Shown here: one piece after another, positions 43,334-57,873 of the stretch
How positions within the stretch are numbered: the first letter of the stretch is position 1
How the letters are laid out: every line of letters begins with the position of its first letter
Assembly (NCBI RefSeq): GCF_009914755.1
Contig: NC_060943.1
From: the human T2T-CHM13v2.0 reference genome, Homo sapiens
DNA: 64,000 bases
Direction: 5' to 3' (one strand)
The notes under the pieces: model-generated
The model's input: only the letters and a program-made list of their open reading frames with translations
Told to the model about the DNA's origin: nothing
Database searches by the model: none
Program-made: the position numbers and the translations under genes

Positions 43334-43868
43334 TGTATTAGTCAGGGTTTTCTAAAGGGACAGAACTAATAAGATAGATGTATGTATGAGGGGGAGTTTA
43401 TTAAGAAGTATTGACTCCCACAATCACAAAGTGAAATTCCACAATAGGCCGTCTGCAAGCTGAGGAGCAAGGAAGCCAGTCTGAGTCCCAAAACTTCAAA
43501 AGTAGGGAATCCAACAGCACAGCCTTCAGTCTATGGCTGAAGGCCCCAGAGCCCCTGGCAAACAACTGGTGTGAGTCCAGGAGTCCAAAACCTGAAGAAC
43601 TGGGAGTCCGATGTTCGAGGGCAGGAAGCATCCAGCACAGAGAAAGATGGAAGCTGGAAGACTCAGCCAGTCAAGTTCTGCCTGCTTTATTCTAGCCGTG
43701 CTTGCAACTGATTAGATGGTGCCCACCCAGATTGAGGGTGTGTCTGCCTCTCCCAGTCCACTGACTCAAATGTTAAAGTCCTTTGGCAACACCCTCACAG
43801 ACACACCCAGGAACAATGCTTTGCATCCTTCAATCCAATCAAGTTGACACTCAATAGTAATCATCACA
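43334..43868 (-). mobile_element. MLT2A2/MLT2A1-like HERV-L LTR nested in MER41
   Basis: tgtattagtcagggttttctaaagggacagaactaata...caatccaatcaagttgacactcaatagtaatcatcaca; TSD gaaag/gcaag. Confidence 0.92.
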
Positions 43869-44004
43869 GCAAGTTTATTAAGAAAGTAAAGGAATAGAGA
43901 ATGACTACTCCATAGGCGGAGCAGCAGCTTGGGCTGCTGGACTAAGGATACTTATTGTTACTTTGTGATTATATGCTAAACAAGGGGTGGATTAATTATG
44001 AGTT

Positions 44005-44034
44005 TTCCGAGAAAGGGGTGGGCAATTCCCAGAA
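44005..44034. promoter_or_regulatory. Tandem GAS (STAT) motifs in MER41B
   Basis: TTCCGAGAA 44005-44013 and TTCCCAGAA 44026-44034. Confidence 0.6.
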
Positions 44035-44974
44035 CTTAGGGTTTCTCCCCTTTTTAGACCATAAAGGGTAAATTCTAGGTGTTGCCATGGCATCTGTAAA
44101 CTGTCACGGCACTGGTGGGAGTGTTTCTTAGCATGCTAATGCATTATAATTAGCGTATAATAAGCAGTGAGGACAACCGGGGGTCACTTTCATCACCATC
44201 TTGGATTTGGTGAGGTTTGGCCAGCTTCTTTACCACAGCCTGCTTTATCAGCAAGGTCTTTGTGACCTGTATCTTGTTCCAACCTCCTATGTCATTCTGT
44301 GACTTAGAATGCCTAACCTCCTGGGAATGCAGCCCAGTAGGTCTCAGCCTTATTTTACCCAGTATCTATACAAGATGGAGTCACTCTAGTTCAAACGCCT
44401 TTGACAGATGTGTTTTCGTGTATGCAAACAATGATTGAGATGAGGTTTGGGTTCTTCACAAGGAGCCCAGAGCCTGTGCCCAAGGCTGTGGCCAGATCCT
44501 CTGGTTTACACAGAGAAGATCTCAGGCAGAGAAAAGGTGTAAAGATGCACTGTTCTCCTTGCTGGCTGCCGGTGACCTCTTTTCCACTCCAAGAAGCTCA
44601 TGGACTCAGGGAAACAAGACAGCCTGTCTCAATGGCTCAGTCCACACGGACAGAGATTGAGGTGCAAGGGGAGGGAGTCCCTTAATCCACACACTGCTCA
44701 CACTGGGACAGCTGCGTCTCCACTTCAACCCAGCCAGCTCTGCCCTGCATGAGCTTGGCCATGTGAGTTCAGCTGCATACCGACTGTGCTCTGTTGCAAT
44801 GCTGCCTCTTTCTTTTGGGCTCTGAAAAGCCGCCCCCTGAGGCTCATGATTGCCCTTACTTTAAAGATGAGGTCAAGCACATTTGGCCGTCACTCAGGAG
44901 ATCCTCTTGTCTGGTCCTTCTACCAAGAATCGTTGTTCTGCACCAGCTGTTGCAAGGCTCACGCCTAATAAATA

Positions 44975-46247
44975 AGCCCGCGTTCTGTTTTGCCCCCAGC
45001 TGGGCTGTACTACATACTGTCCTGACACTGACCACCTGGAGTTAGCACCAGACGCCACAAGTAAAGGACAGAGCCCTCCACAAGACTGACTTTACTTCAG
45101 ACACTGGCCGCAAGTGGGGTCCCCAGGCCACCTGCACCGCTGGCCAACTGGCTACAGAGTCAGGTGTTCCTGTGAATCTGTAGCCAGCTGGCCAGCAGTG
45201 TAGGTGCTGGGGCCCCTCCAGTTTGAAAATTTGTTTTAAAGATGCAGAACACAGGCAAGTACTATACTTAAAATTGCATTTTTATTAGAAAGGATACCCA
45301 TAGATAGAACAGGGTCTGGGAGGGTCCCAAACACAATTTTCTCAGGCTCTGGGCTCCTGGTCAAGAGCCCAAACCTCATCTCAATCATTATTTGTTCACA
45401 TGAAGACACATCCAATGAACCGAAGTGGGCAGCAGGGCAACGCCAGACCCTCGGAAAGGCAGTGGGGCATGTGCATCTTAGAGGAAGAGACAAAGCATGA
45501 GCTTAGCTTGATTCCTGTATCATCTCATTTAATTCTCACAAGGTTCCCTAAGGTAGGTTCCATGGTACCTCCTTCATGGAGGGCATATCACCCTCCCAGC
45601 AGATCAGTGTGTTCAACTGGGAGCTCCTCTGAGCCTCAGTGTCTAGAGTTTTTATTAGGATTGCATTATGAATTGGGGTTTGATTATGAGTAATCAATGA
45701 TTGATGATTGATTGGCTGCATGACAGAACTCAATCTCCAATCACCCTCCCCTCCTCTCTTCAAGTGGTTGGTCTTTCTGGTGACCAGCTCCTATACTGAA
45801 GCTCTCTAGGAGCCCACCAGGACCCATCTCATTGGCATAACAAGACATGCCTATCACTGTGGAAATTCCAAGGGTTTTTGAAGCACTGTGTCTGGAACCA
45901 AGAGACAAAGACCAGATATATTCTTTTTTTTTTTTTTTTTTTGAGATGGAGTCTTGCTCTGTTGCCCAGGCTGGAGTGCAATGACATGATCTTGGCTCAC
46001 TGAAACCTCCACCTCCTGGGTTCAAGCAATTCTCCTGCCTCAGCCTCCCAAGTAGCTAAGATTACAGGCCCCCACAACAATGCCCAGCTAATTTTTTGTA
46101 CTTTTAGTAGAGATGGGGTTTCATCATGTTGGCCAAGCTGGTCTTGAAGTCCTGAACTCAGGTAATCTACCCGCCTTGGCCTCCCAAAGTGCTGGGATTA
46201 CAGGCGTGAGCCACAGTGCCTGGCCCAGATATATTCTTGATACCACA
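44975..46247 (-). mobile_element. MER21-like LTR containing two inverted duplications and an Alu
   Basis: 'ctgacactgaccacctggagttagcaccagac...ttcagacac' and 'ctatcactgtggaaattccaagggttttt...gacaaagaccagatatattc...ataccaca'. Confidence 0.8.
45924..46225 (-). mobile_element. AluS nested in MER21
   Basis: TSD cagatatattc at 45913-45923 and 46226-46236. Confidence 0.95.
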
Positions 46248-46656
46248 GCCCATTACCAAGTGAATACAGCCTTGTAAAGTGCAACTTTCAAACTTACTTT
46301 GGGATCCATTTTATTATCTCTTTACTAGTTGTTCTTGCATCTGTCAGTTCCATTCTGATTTATGCCCTCATTTCTTGTATGGCATCCTAAACCCCCTCTC
46401 TGCATAAATTGGGGTGTAACAGATAGATTATTGCAGGCCCTTCCTTCAGCTCCGAAAGAACATGCAACATAAGAGCTGGAACTTCCTACATAGGAGCCAC
46501 TGCTAGCCTCTAGGAGCCACAGCCAGCCTCTAGGAGCACTTTCTCAACGGCCCACACACCATCATAACTGCAGCCTGCTGCAGAGAGCTCTACAAACTTC
46601 CGTCGTTGATCTGTGATCTATGAGGCAAGCCTCCTCTCCCTGTGAGCAGACAGCGG

Positions 46657-47185
46657 TGTCAGAGGTGTGTAAACCAGAGCAACTCCATCTTGACTAGGGC
46701 CTGGGAAAAAAGAGGCTGAGACCTACTGGGCTGCATTCCCAGATGGTTAAGGCATTCTAAGTCACAGGATAAGATAGAAGGTTGGCACAAGATACAGGTA
46801 ATAAAGACCTTGCTGATAAAACAGGTTGCAGTAAGGAAGCCGGCTAAAACCCACCAAAACCAATGGCCATGGGAGTGACCTCTGGTGGTCCTCACTGCTA
46901 CACTCCCACCAGCGCCATGACAGTTTACAAATGCCATGGCAACGTCAAGAAGTTACCCTATATGGTCTATAAAGGAGAGGCATGAATAATCCACCTCTTG
47001 TTTAGCATATCATCAAGAAATAACCATAAAAATGGGCAATGAAGAATGGAATAGCCATTCTTCATTCCTTTACTTCTTAATAAACTTGCTTTCACTTTAC
47101 TCTATGAACTCACCCTGAATTATTTCTTGTGCAAGATCCAAGAACCCTCTCTGGGGGTCTGGATCGAGACCCCTTCCCTATAACA
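46657..47185 (+). mobile_element. MER41A-like solo LTR
   Basis: tgtcagaggtgtgtaaaccagagcaactccatcttg...ggggtctggatcgagaccccttccctataaca; lacks the GAS-containing segment. Confidence 0.9.
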
Positions 47186-48228
47186 GCAATGGGGACCCAC
47201 ACTGTGTGACACAGTGGTGCTGTCCCCCAGGTGGGATGAATATGAAGGAATGGGGTGGCAGCTCACTGGGCCAGCCCCCAGCCCCCAGGAGAACGCCCTG
47301 CCATCGTTGTCCCAACTGCAGGAGCTCAGGGAGAGGAGAGGAAGGAGGGAGAGCACTTTCTCAGTGCCCAGGCCAGGAGGGGCATCACGAGTGGGGTCTG
47401 TTGGGAGTGAGGACCCACCTTCCTGATCCCAGAGCTGCCCACTCCCACTGGGCCCAGCATACCACCCTGGGAGCACTGACTTCCCCCAGGGACCTTCCTG
47501 ACATGGGGACAGGGAAAGGCACTACAGGGTGAGGTGGGGGTGAGGTTCTGTTGACAACCAAGTCTCCTGCACAGCTTGGTCCCTGAAACATCCCCTGACC
47601 CCAGCATCAAGCTGAACAGAGGGTAAACGGGATCTCTGTGTGAGGGTCCTCCATGCCACGGCTTGGGCAAGGCCAGAAGCTGCATCAAATGTCAGATAGG
47701 GAAGTCCCAGCCCAGGCAAGAAGGAGGCTTTAAAAAAGGCTTGTGTTTGTTGGCAAGCAGCAGTGCCAGGCCTGGCTTTTGATCAAAACATCCTAGCTGT
47801 TGGCAGAGACAAAGGCAATCCCTGGAAACAGCCTGGCTGGGGAGAGATGGAAGAGAGGGCAGGGTTGGGTAGGGGGGTCAGCTCTGGCCCCTCCCCAGCT
47901 GGCTCACAGCTTCCTACCCTCAGGGCCCGACCTTGCTCCTCCATGGGGAGGGAGGGGGTACTTGGAGAAAAGGCTTTAAATGCCTCACAGGCAGAGTTAG
48001 CAATCAGGTTTCAGGAGGAAACTCACAGATTGATGGGGAAGCCGTCAAATGCACCCCTGGCAGCAGGAGAGTGTGAATGGGACCGGGAACAGTGTCTGCC
48101 TCCAGCCAGGCTGCCCCCTTCTCCCGACTGCCCACTGCAAGGGCAGTCAGAGGGTCTTAGGTTCTGACACACAGACACACGCAGACACACACACACTCTT
48201 CACTCTCCACTGCAGCCATACAAAATCA

Positions 48229-48536
<308 letters not shown>

Positions 48537-49533
48537 AAAATCACATTCCCCACCTTTTACCAGAAGGCTTGCTCACACCTGTAAATGGAGTGTGCCTCCT
48601 CTCCACCTGTTTCTAATTAAAGATGTGTATTTTCTAAGGCACCACCCGCCACCTGGCAATGTCCTTACAAAAGAGACTGCTCCCTGCTGCAGGGCCAGGG
48701 ATGGCTTCAGCCCAACGATGCTAAGAATCCATGGTGACAGAGACAGACATGGGGCCGGGATCCCAGGCCCAGCCTGCGCTTGGAAGCACCTCTTGCCTCA
48801 CTATGGTGTCATAGACCCTCAGCCTGAGAACAGTCTCAGGATGCTGTTGAACTGAGACTTGGACTGAGAAAGGAGGCCAGGGGATAGACTGGAGGGTGCT
48901 TCCGAGTTGAGGTGTTGTCCTGAAGGTCAACAGTGGAGGACTAGCCAGGAACTGATCACGCCAGATTCTATACCAGCCTGGAGCCCACCTGGGCTCTCCC
49001 GGATGCTGCTAATCAGGATGGAGGGTAGGGGTGCTTGCTGCAGGTATTTAGAAGGCTCCCCAGCTAACCGCTCCCAGGCCTGCCTCCCTGTGGATGATTT
49101 GCACCAGGCTGTTTTGTCAGCCTAGCACTGCCTTCCCCGGGGAATAGTGAACTCACTTTTGCAGAGAAGGGATCTCTCAGAGGGCCCTTCCGAGGCACTC
49201 TCTGGTGTCTGCCCAAGCTCAGACAAGATGCATAGCCTGGTGCCTGCCAGGCCAACGGGGGTGACTACTTATCCAGCAGATAAGTGTGTGTGAGCAGCTC
49301 TGGGGACATGGGGCAATAAGGGGAGGTCTCATGTGTCAGGGGCAGCCAGGAAATGTTCTGTTAAGATGTCCTTTCTGTTCCTGAGATTTTCTAGCACCAG
49401 CAGACACCGTGGCCACCACCCCTCTCTCCCTACCCCATACTGCAGACGTTGGGAGTCTGCGGCCATGTAGGATGCAGCCCACAGCTTTGTCCCCAACATT
49501 CATGAAGGAATGCATGGTGTGTCACTGCCATTC

Positions 49534-50061
49534 TGAGATAGGAGTTCAGCAGGACTAGTTTCCCAGGACCCTGATGAAAAAACAGGATGCAGTAGAGAAG
49601 CTGGCCAAAACCCGCCAAAACCAAAGGTGGTGATGGAAGCAACCTCCGGTTACCCTTACTGCTCCTAAGATGCTAATTATAATACATTAGCATGCTAAAA
49701 GACATACCCACCAGCACCATGACAGTTTACAGATGCCATGGCAACTCCTGGAAGTTATCCTATATGGTTTAAAAAGGGGAGGGACCCTCAGTTCCAGGAA
49801 CTCCCAGCTCCTTTCCAGAAAAACTCATTAATAATCTACCCGTTATTTAGCATGTAGTCAAAAATAACCATAAAAATAATCAACCAGCAGCCCTAAGGGC
49901 TTCTCTGCGTATGGAATAGCCACTTTTTATTCCTTTACTGTCTTAATAAACTTGTTTTCACTTTGCTCTGTCAGCTCACTCTTGAATTCTTTCCTGCACA
50001 AAGCCAAGAACCCACTTGGCCTTCTGGGCTGAGCCCCAGTTTTGGGGTTTGCCCTGTGACA
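49534..50061 (+). mobile_element. MER41C/D/E-like solo LTR
   Basis: TG...CA ends; exact TSD attc (49530-49533 and 50062-50065); MER41 core ccaccagcaccatgacagtttacagatgccatggcaac. Confidence 0.88.
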
Positions 50062-51253
50062 ATTCCATCCCCAGGTTCAGGGCCACTGAGACACGCATTC
50101 GGAACTGTCCCTAGCACTGGGTATTGGCTGCCTTGGTGACCAGGGCTAAGCGTTCACTGTGGCCATAATTAGAGCTGGGACAAATGGCTATTAGGTCCTA
50201 ATTGTCAGCTTTTCCAAATCTGGAAAAAAGCCACGGGACAGAATTCCCAGAAGGGAATTGTCCCCACGGACTACTGGGGACCCTTCTCAAGGCTGTGGGC
50301 ATCTGTTTGCGGAACTGTGTCATGGAAGCCACGTGCCATACTAAGTTTGAAGTCTGAGCCAGGCTCTCCTCTAAAGCATGGCTGTCCTCCTAGGTCCTCC
50401 TAGGATGGGCATCCTGGCCACCCCTTCCTTTGAGCTTCCCCCAGCCTTCTCCAATGTGTTTTCTGCCCAGCTAATGCCCCTTGCCTAACCCTGGACTTCT
50501 CACTCTCCTCCAAGCCCATTCCCTCTGCATTTGATAGCCACGTACCTGGCCCCCAGGCTGTGACTCACTGTTATCTCCAAGCACTAGAGAATTTTCTCCT
50601 GTCATCTTCAGCAACAAGTGGTTGCAGTTTTCATTGCAGTTTTCATTATAATAAGACCAAAAGAAAAAAAAAACTGTAGCTGAGAAAATAGATGTGTGCT
50701 TTCCACCCTACACTGAGAACATCTTGACATTTAAATCCAATTACCCTTTTCCCATTCTTGATGAGGATATGACATGCTGCTAGAACATTCTGCTAGATAA
50801 ATATATCATATTCTCTGACTGCTCAAAACCTCCCAGGGGTGGATTTGGGGGTTCTGTGACCCCCGTTCACTATCGGCCTCTGTGAGAGGACAGGGTCGTG
50901 GACTGGCTGAGCTAAAAGGCCCTGAAAATGTTTGCCTGGAAAAATTTTGCAGCATTTGACCTCTGCCTTTCACTGAGTCATTAATTGGGAGAATGGAACA
51001 ATTGCAGAAACAGGGGGACTTTTGTCCTTTGTATCAGATCTGTACACATTCAAACCCCCCATCCCTGGGCTTTCAGCAAAACACCACAAACCAGTAGGCC
51101 CTGGGCAGAGAGGTATTAATTAAGCACATTCCCATATTACTTCAAAATGTCTATCCTCCCAGAAGCAAAGAGTCATTGACTCTAAATGAAGCAGAAAGCC
51201 AGAAAGGAGCCCTTACAGCTATTATTCTGCTGTAAATATTAGTTCTCTTTTGA

Positions 51254-51580
<327 letters not shown>

Positions 51581-54500
51581 GGAGTCCAAGATTTTTAGCA
51601 AGTGCGCATACTGTTCTGTGGCTAGAGAGGGAGATGGTGGGTGGGGAGGATATTGCCAGGATTAAAGCCGGGAGGACCCTGCATCCTTTGCCTTCCAGTA
51701 GGGTTCCCCAGTATGGGCCGCATCCACAGGGATCAGGCAAAACTCCCCCGCCCTCCTTCTGAAACCCACTTACCATGTAAAGTTACACGGTTTTAACTTG
51801 ACTCTGCATCCATTTCCACCTGCAGAGAAAGAGGAAAATGAAAGTTCTGGGAGATTTAGAATCTCATTGTAACTGTTAATTTCAGCCAGGATGGAATCCC
51901 TTTCCTATCCTTGTCCCAGCCATGACTATTATCATCCTCCGTTGACCTCTCTCCCCCCTCCTCCACAAGATGAAGTGTTAACAAGCAGAGGAAAATTAGC
52001 TCCACTCCCCCAGCACAACATCCCCTGCCCTGCAGAAGTCGTGGAAGCCATAAGCCATCCCTCCCTGCCTTCCTCCCCCTTCATCAGGGCTGAGTGGCCA
52101 GTTGTCTTCCTCCCCTGAGGATTTCATCATCCTCAGATATCCCAGAGAGTGTTTGCAGTTGTTCATCCTAAATTACACTGTTGTTTTAGCCTGTTGTGTG
52201 CTCAGAGCTGATTAATAAACAGAAATTAAGTCACTTATTTACTTTTTGCTTCAAATCACAGTGTGCGACTCGAGTGGTTGATATCTCACTGATATTTGTG
52301 AATGCGTGGATGAGTGACTGGATCTGCTTGTGTGTTGAATGGAATTCAAGGTTCCTTCCATCAGTCCCAAAACATCATTCCTAAGAGCTCACATGTGCCT
52401 GTCTGTTTTTTTACAAAAACACCTTTTGTCTCTTCTAATAGTCCCTGAATGCTTAGGTAAGAGTGGAGAATGAGAGCTCTCTTCTCTGACATCCAGGCTC
52501 TGGGCATCTCTCAAAAAGAGATGGTCAAAGAATCTGATGAGGTCTGCTGAAAAGGAAGGGTGCCATAGAGAACCAGACCAGCCCCCATCCTGGTGAGCGG
52601 TGCCTCCTCACACAAAAAGCTAATGGTTTGGGTTGGTGTGGTCAGAGGAGAGCAGCTCTCAGAGACAGAGGTGAGGATGGAGGCCCTTTCATTTTCCTGG
52701 TGAGTCTTTCCATACTACTTTTTAAAAGAAAGTCGGTACTTTAAAATATTTTGTAAGTCAATTTGTCCAGGATGCCTGCAAGTTTTCCTGGAATTTGATG
52801 CAAATACGAGGCTATGCTAAAGCCATTCAGCAAGCTGTAGGAGCCCCAAGTGGAGAAACTCAAACTAGTTCACAGGAGCAAACATCATGCAGCTCCCTCC
52901 AAGGCTACATCACTCGTGGGTTGTGGTGTTTCTTTGTGGAAGTCCCCAAGCTCTTAGGGTGAGAGGGCTCTTCAGTGACGCCCAGGGACCTTTCTCAAGG
53001 CTGTGGGCATCGGTTTGCAGAACCGTGTCATGGAAACCACATGCCATACTAAGTTTGAAGTCTGAGCAACTGCTGGGCTGAGAAGATCTTCAGGTTTCCC
53101 TGTGGCCGTGCAGCCTGTGTGGCATCTGCCATGCAAGGAGGGATCTGGGACAAAGACAGCTTGCTGGACTGGGTCACTTCAGGGAATTCATGGCAATAGC
53201 TTTCCCAGGGAAAGGAGAATCACCCTGAAACAGACCCAGACTGGCAATGTAAGTCGGACTGTCATACCACTGTGTTGAAACTGCAGCACGAAGTTTCTCT
53301 GCCTCTTCTTTCTCTGTTTCAGCTCTCTGTTTCAGGAGGTTCAGCAAGCCCTAAAGGCCATTACCTGGCCACCTACCTATCTTCCCCACTAGAGAGTAAA
53401 CCTCTCTAGAGATTAGTTATTTATCTTTCCATCAGCCCCCAGAACTGGCATCATATGGGACAGTGCACACACAAGTCTTGGTTTCTGAACTTATCGGCAT
53501 CTTGTGGGGGCTGTCCATGGTGTTGAGGCCCCACTGTAGTCATTTCAGTTAATCATATAAATGGCCAGAACCTCACGGGTTATCCATGGTGTTGACAGAT
53601 TTCACACCTTACATTCCCCGGGTCCTCCTATCCCAGAGAACAGAACCTGGAGCTAAACCCTTAGAGCGGGGTATCATTGGGAGCTGTCCGTGGTTCTGAA
53701 AACAGCACTCCCTCTCCTTCCAGTTGCCTGAGCTGCTGCGGCAGGGTCAGAACTGTTTGTGGTGTCAGCCTCGTTTTGATCAGCTAATTGCCAATTTTCT
53801 GCTTCTTGGTCCAGCTTAGACCCCAGCCAGAATCTGGCCTGCTGCTGCTGTCAATCATGCTCTGAGGTACCTACATGGTCCTGCTTGTATTGACTCTGCC
53901 TGTAACGTCAGTCCTGCCAGGCCCTGACCAAGGACTGGCCTCTGACTGCAAGGCTGCGTTTTATTCCAGCCTGTTGTATGTCAGGTTCCCTGGAAAGCAG
54001 ACTGAGGCAGCGATTTGCACTCAGGAAGCTTGTTGGGTTTATATTATGACAAAGAAGAGTTAAAATAACTTTGGAGAAAAATATAAGTGTCTGCTGTCCA
54101 CTGCAAGTCAACATGAACTGTTTCTGATAGTCCTTTTTGACAGGGATGGAAAACAACCTATTTTTCAAACCAGTGGTCACACACCACATACCTGAGGCCA
54201 CAAACATCTTCCCTAGCAAATATACCATCATCCCACCAACATGGTGGTTGCAACTGGGGCTATATCTTGATAGAGTTTATGGGATTCTGGTGGGACTTGC
54301 GTGTCTTTTGTAGGACTGGACTGGTGAAATTCCATGGTGATTTGATGGTGATGACTACTCCTGCATCCTTGAGGTCTTTTATCAAGCAGAGTCCTGTGGA
54401 TTTTTTTTTTTTTAAATTGTGCTAATCTCTATGAGACCCCCAGGAAGTAATATTGCCTTTGATTTAATGTCTAGATTCATGGGAGAGGGTCACTGTCAAA

Positions 54501-54943
54501 GGCTGGCATTCCCTATGGTGACGGTCCTTATCCCACAGATCAAGGACATGGGGGTTTTGCCAGCTGTCACATCTATCTATTCGGATTATACATCTGGGAA
54601 CTGGGGAGAAATGCTCGCCAGATGGGAGTCTGTGAACCCAACATGAGCCAGGCTTGGGTCATTTATTACCTGGTACCCTATGTGCCCTCACTGTATCAGG
54701 GTGCAATGGCAACACTTCCAGTTCTCAGGGGCTAAGACCCCAGATGTAAATGTCAAAAAAAAATCTAGAAATGTCTGAGTGTTCTCCTTCCCCAAGTGTA
54801 CACCTGTTTAACCAAATGGCTGTGGGTCCTGTTGGGGAAAGACTGAGAAAACATTCCCATGTGTATTTGCCATGATGCCATGGGGTTCTTCTTGGGGATG
54901 TGGTCTCTCCTTTGGTCACTGAGTTCTGGATCTGAAAACTGGG

Positions 54944-55339
54944 TGTATTAGTTTGCATTGTGTTTCTATAAAGGAATACCTGAGACTGGGTAATTTAAAA
55001 GAAACGAGGCTTATTTGGCTCATCATTCTGCAGGCTGTACAAGCGTGGCACCAACATCTGCTCAGCCTCAGGAAGCTTTTACTCATGGCAGAAGGCGAAG
55101 GGGTAGCAGGCATGTCACATAGCGAGAGAGGGAACAAGAGACATGCCAGACTCTTTTAAACAACCAGTTTTCATGTGAGTTGACAGAGCAAGAACTCGCT
55201 CATTACCATGGGGAGGGCAACAAGCCATTCATGATGGCTGCACCCCCATGACTGAAACACCCCACCAGACTCCACCTCTACATTGGGGATTTCATTTCAA
55301 CATGAGATTTGGAGGAGACAAAACATCCAAACCATAACA
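54944..55339 (-). mobile_element. MSTA/MSTB-like MaLR solo LTR
   Basis: tgtattag...ctataaaggaatacctgagactgggtaattt...aacatccaaaccataaca; TSD (c/g)tggg. Confidence 0.9.
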
Positions 55340-55988
55340 GTGGGCAAAGAACTGTGCCATTTTCTTGGGACAGCTGATCACCCCTCCTTGATTTGTTTTT
55401 GTTGTATATATCGGCTTGTCGACCACCTGACTTTCTTGTTTTTTGGGATGCCATGTTTTGGTGACCACCTCCATAGCTCTCTGCAGATCAGCCCCTCTTG
55501 GCTGCTACACCAACATTGCTACTCAGTAGGACAAGTGTGCACACTTTGGTTATGATGGCTAAGTACCACCGTGTGGTTTCTGTTATTTTACAATCCTATT
55601 GTCCCCCATCAGTCTCGGGGTGTCCAGGTCTGTAGTGGCACTGCCTACATTCAGCCCTGTCCTACAGAGGAGAGGCACTGCTGGGCTTCTCACTCATGCT
55701 GGTGCTTCCTGAACTCTCTGGGCTGCAGAGGCATTCTGCCCTCTGCAATATAGGCTGGTGGCCCTCTGTTCATTGAAGACACTACAGAGATCTCTGTCCT
55801 ACAACACAACATATGCCCCCTGATCCTCCTTCCCCTCTCACCAGTGTGTTCTATATTGCTTTAGAAAGGGGTGGGGGTATCTTCTAGGCAGTAGTGGATT
55901 TTCCAGCTTTCCCTAGCATGTCCACTGTAGCATAACCACCTTTGGGAGCCTTTTGATCTCTTCCTGCACTATCTACCACAGCAATTCT

Positions 55989-56291
55989 TTTTTTTTTTTT
56001 TTTTTTTTTTGAGACGGAGTCTCGCTGTTACCCAGGTTGGAGTGCAGTGGCGCGATCTCGGCTCACTGCAGGCTCCGCCCCCCGGGGGTTCATGCCATTC
56101 TCCTGCCTCAGCCTCCCGAGTAGCTGGGACTACAGGCGCCCACCACCTCGCCCGGCTAATTTTTTCTATTTTTAGTAGAGACGGGATTTCACCGTGTTAG
56201 CCAGGATGGTCTCGATCTCCTGACCTCGTGATCTGCCCACCTCGGCCTCCCAAAGTGCTGGGATTACAGGCGTGAGCCACTGCGCCCGGCC
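55989..56291 (-). mobile_element. AluY
   Basis: Y-type diagnostics (gggttcatgccattc, ccaggatggtctcgatctcctgacctcgtgatc), CpG-rich; exact 15-bp TSD taccacagcaattct. Confidence 0.95.
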
Positions 56292-56366
56292 TACCACAGC
56301 AATTCTATCATCCCTGCTTCATTGAGTGTGGGCATTGCTTTCTGCACGTATCTGAGAGCCATCTAG

Positions 56367-56892
<526 letters not shown>

Positions 56893-57256
56893 TAGTTCCT
56901 TTCTTCCCTTAGCAAATCTAGCACTTCCCCAGTGGGGACATGCTGTGATTTAACCGTAGTTATTGGTCTAGTGGAGAAAAGGTGGGGGCAGATTCTGAGG
57001 AAGGCATGTGTTATGTTGCAGGACAGAGACCTCTGCGGTGTCTTCAATTAATGGAAGACCACCAGCCTGTATTGCAGAGGGTGGCGTGCTTCTGCAGCCC
57101 AGAAGATTAGAGGAAATCTGGGAATTCAAGACTTTCACAGGCATCGACCTACAGTCCCCAACGCATTTCTCAGGGTCCTGTTCCTTCTCAGCCAGGTGCC
57201 TGCCATTGCCAAGAGTCACCCTTCAGAAGCTGGATACTCTTCCTTTCTCCCCTTCA

Positions 57257-57873
<617 letters not shown>

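Larger units (their letters stand above)
43238..44406 (-). mobile_element. MER41B-like ERV1 LTR, interrupted by MLT2A
   Basis: tgttactggaaaggggtcccaatccagaccccaagagaggg...ttcaaacgcctttgaca; exact TSD gatg (43234-43237 and 44407-44410). Confidence 0.92.
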
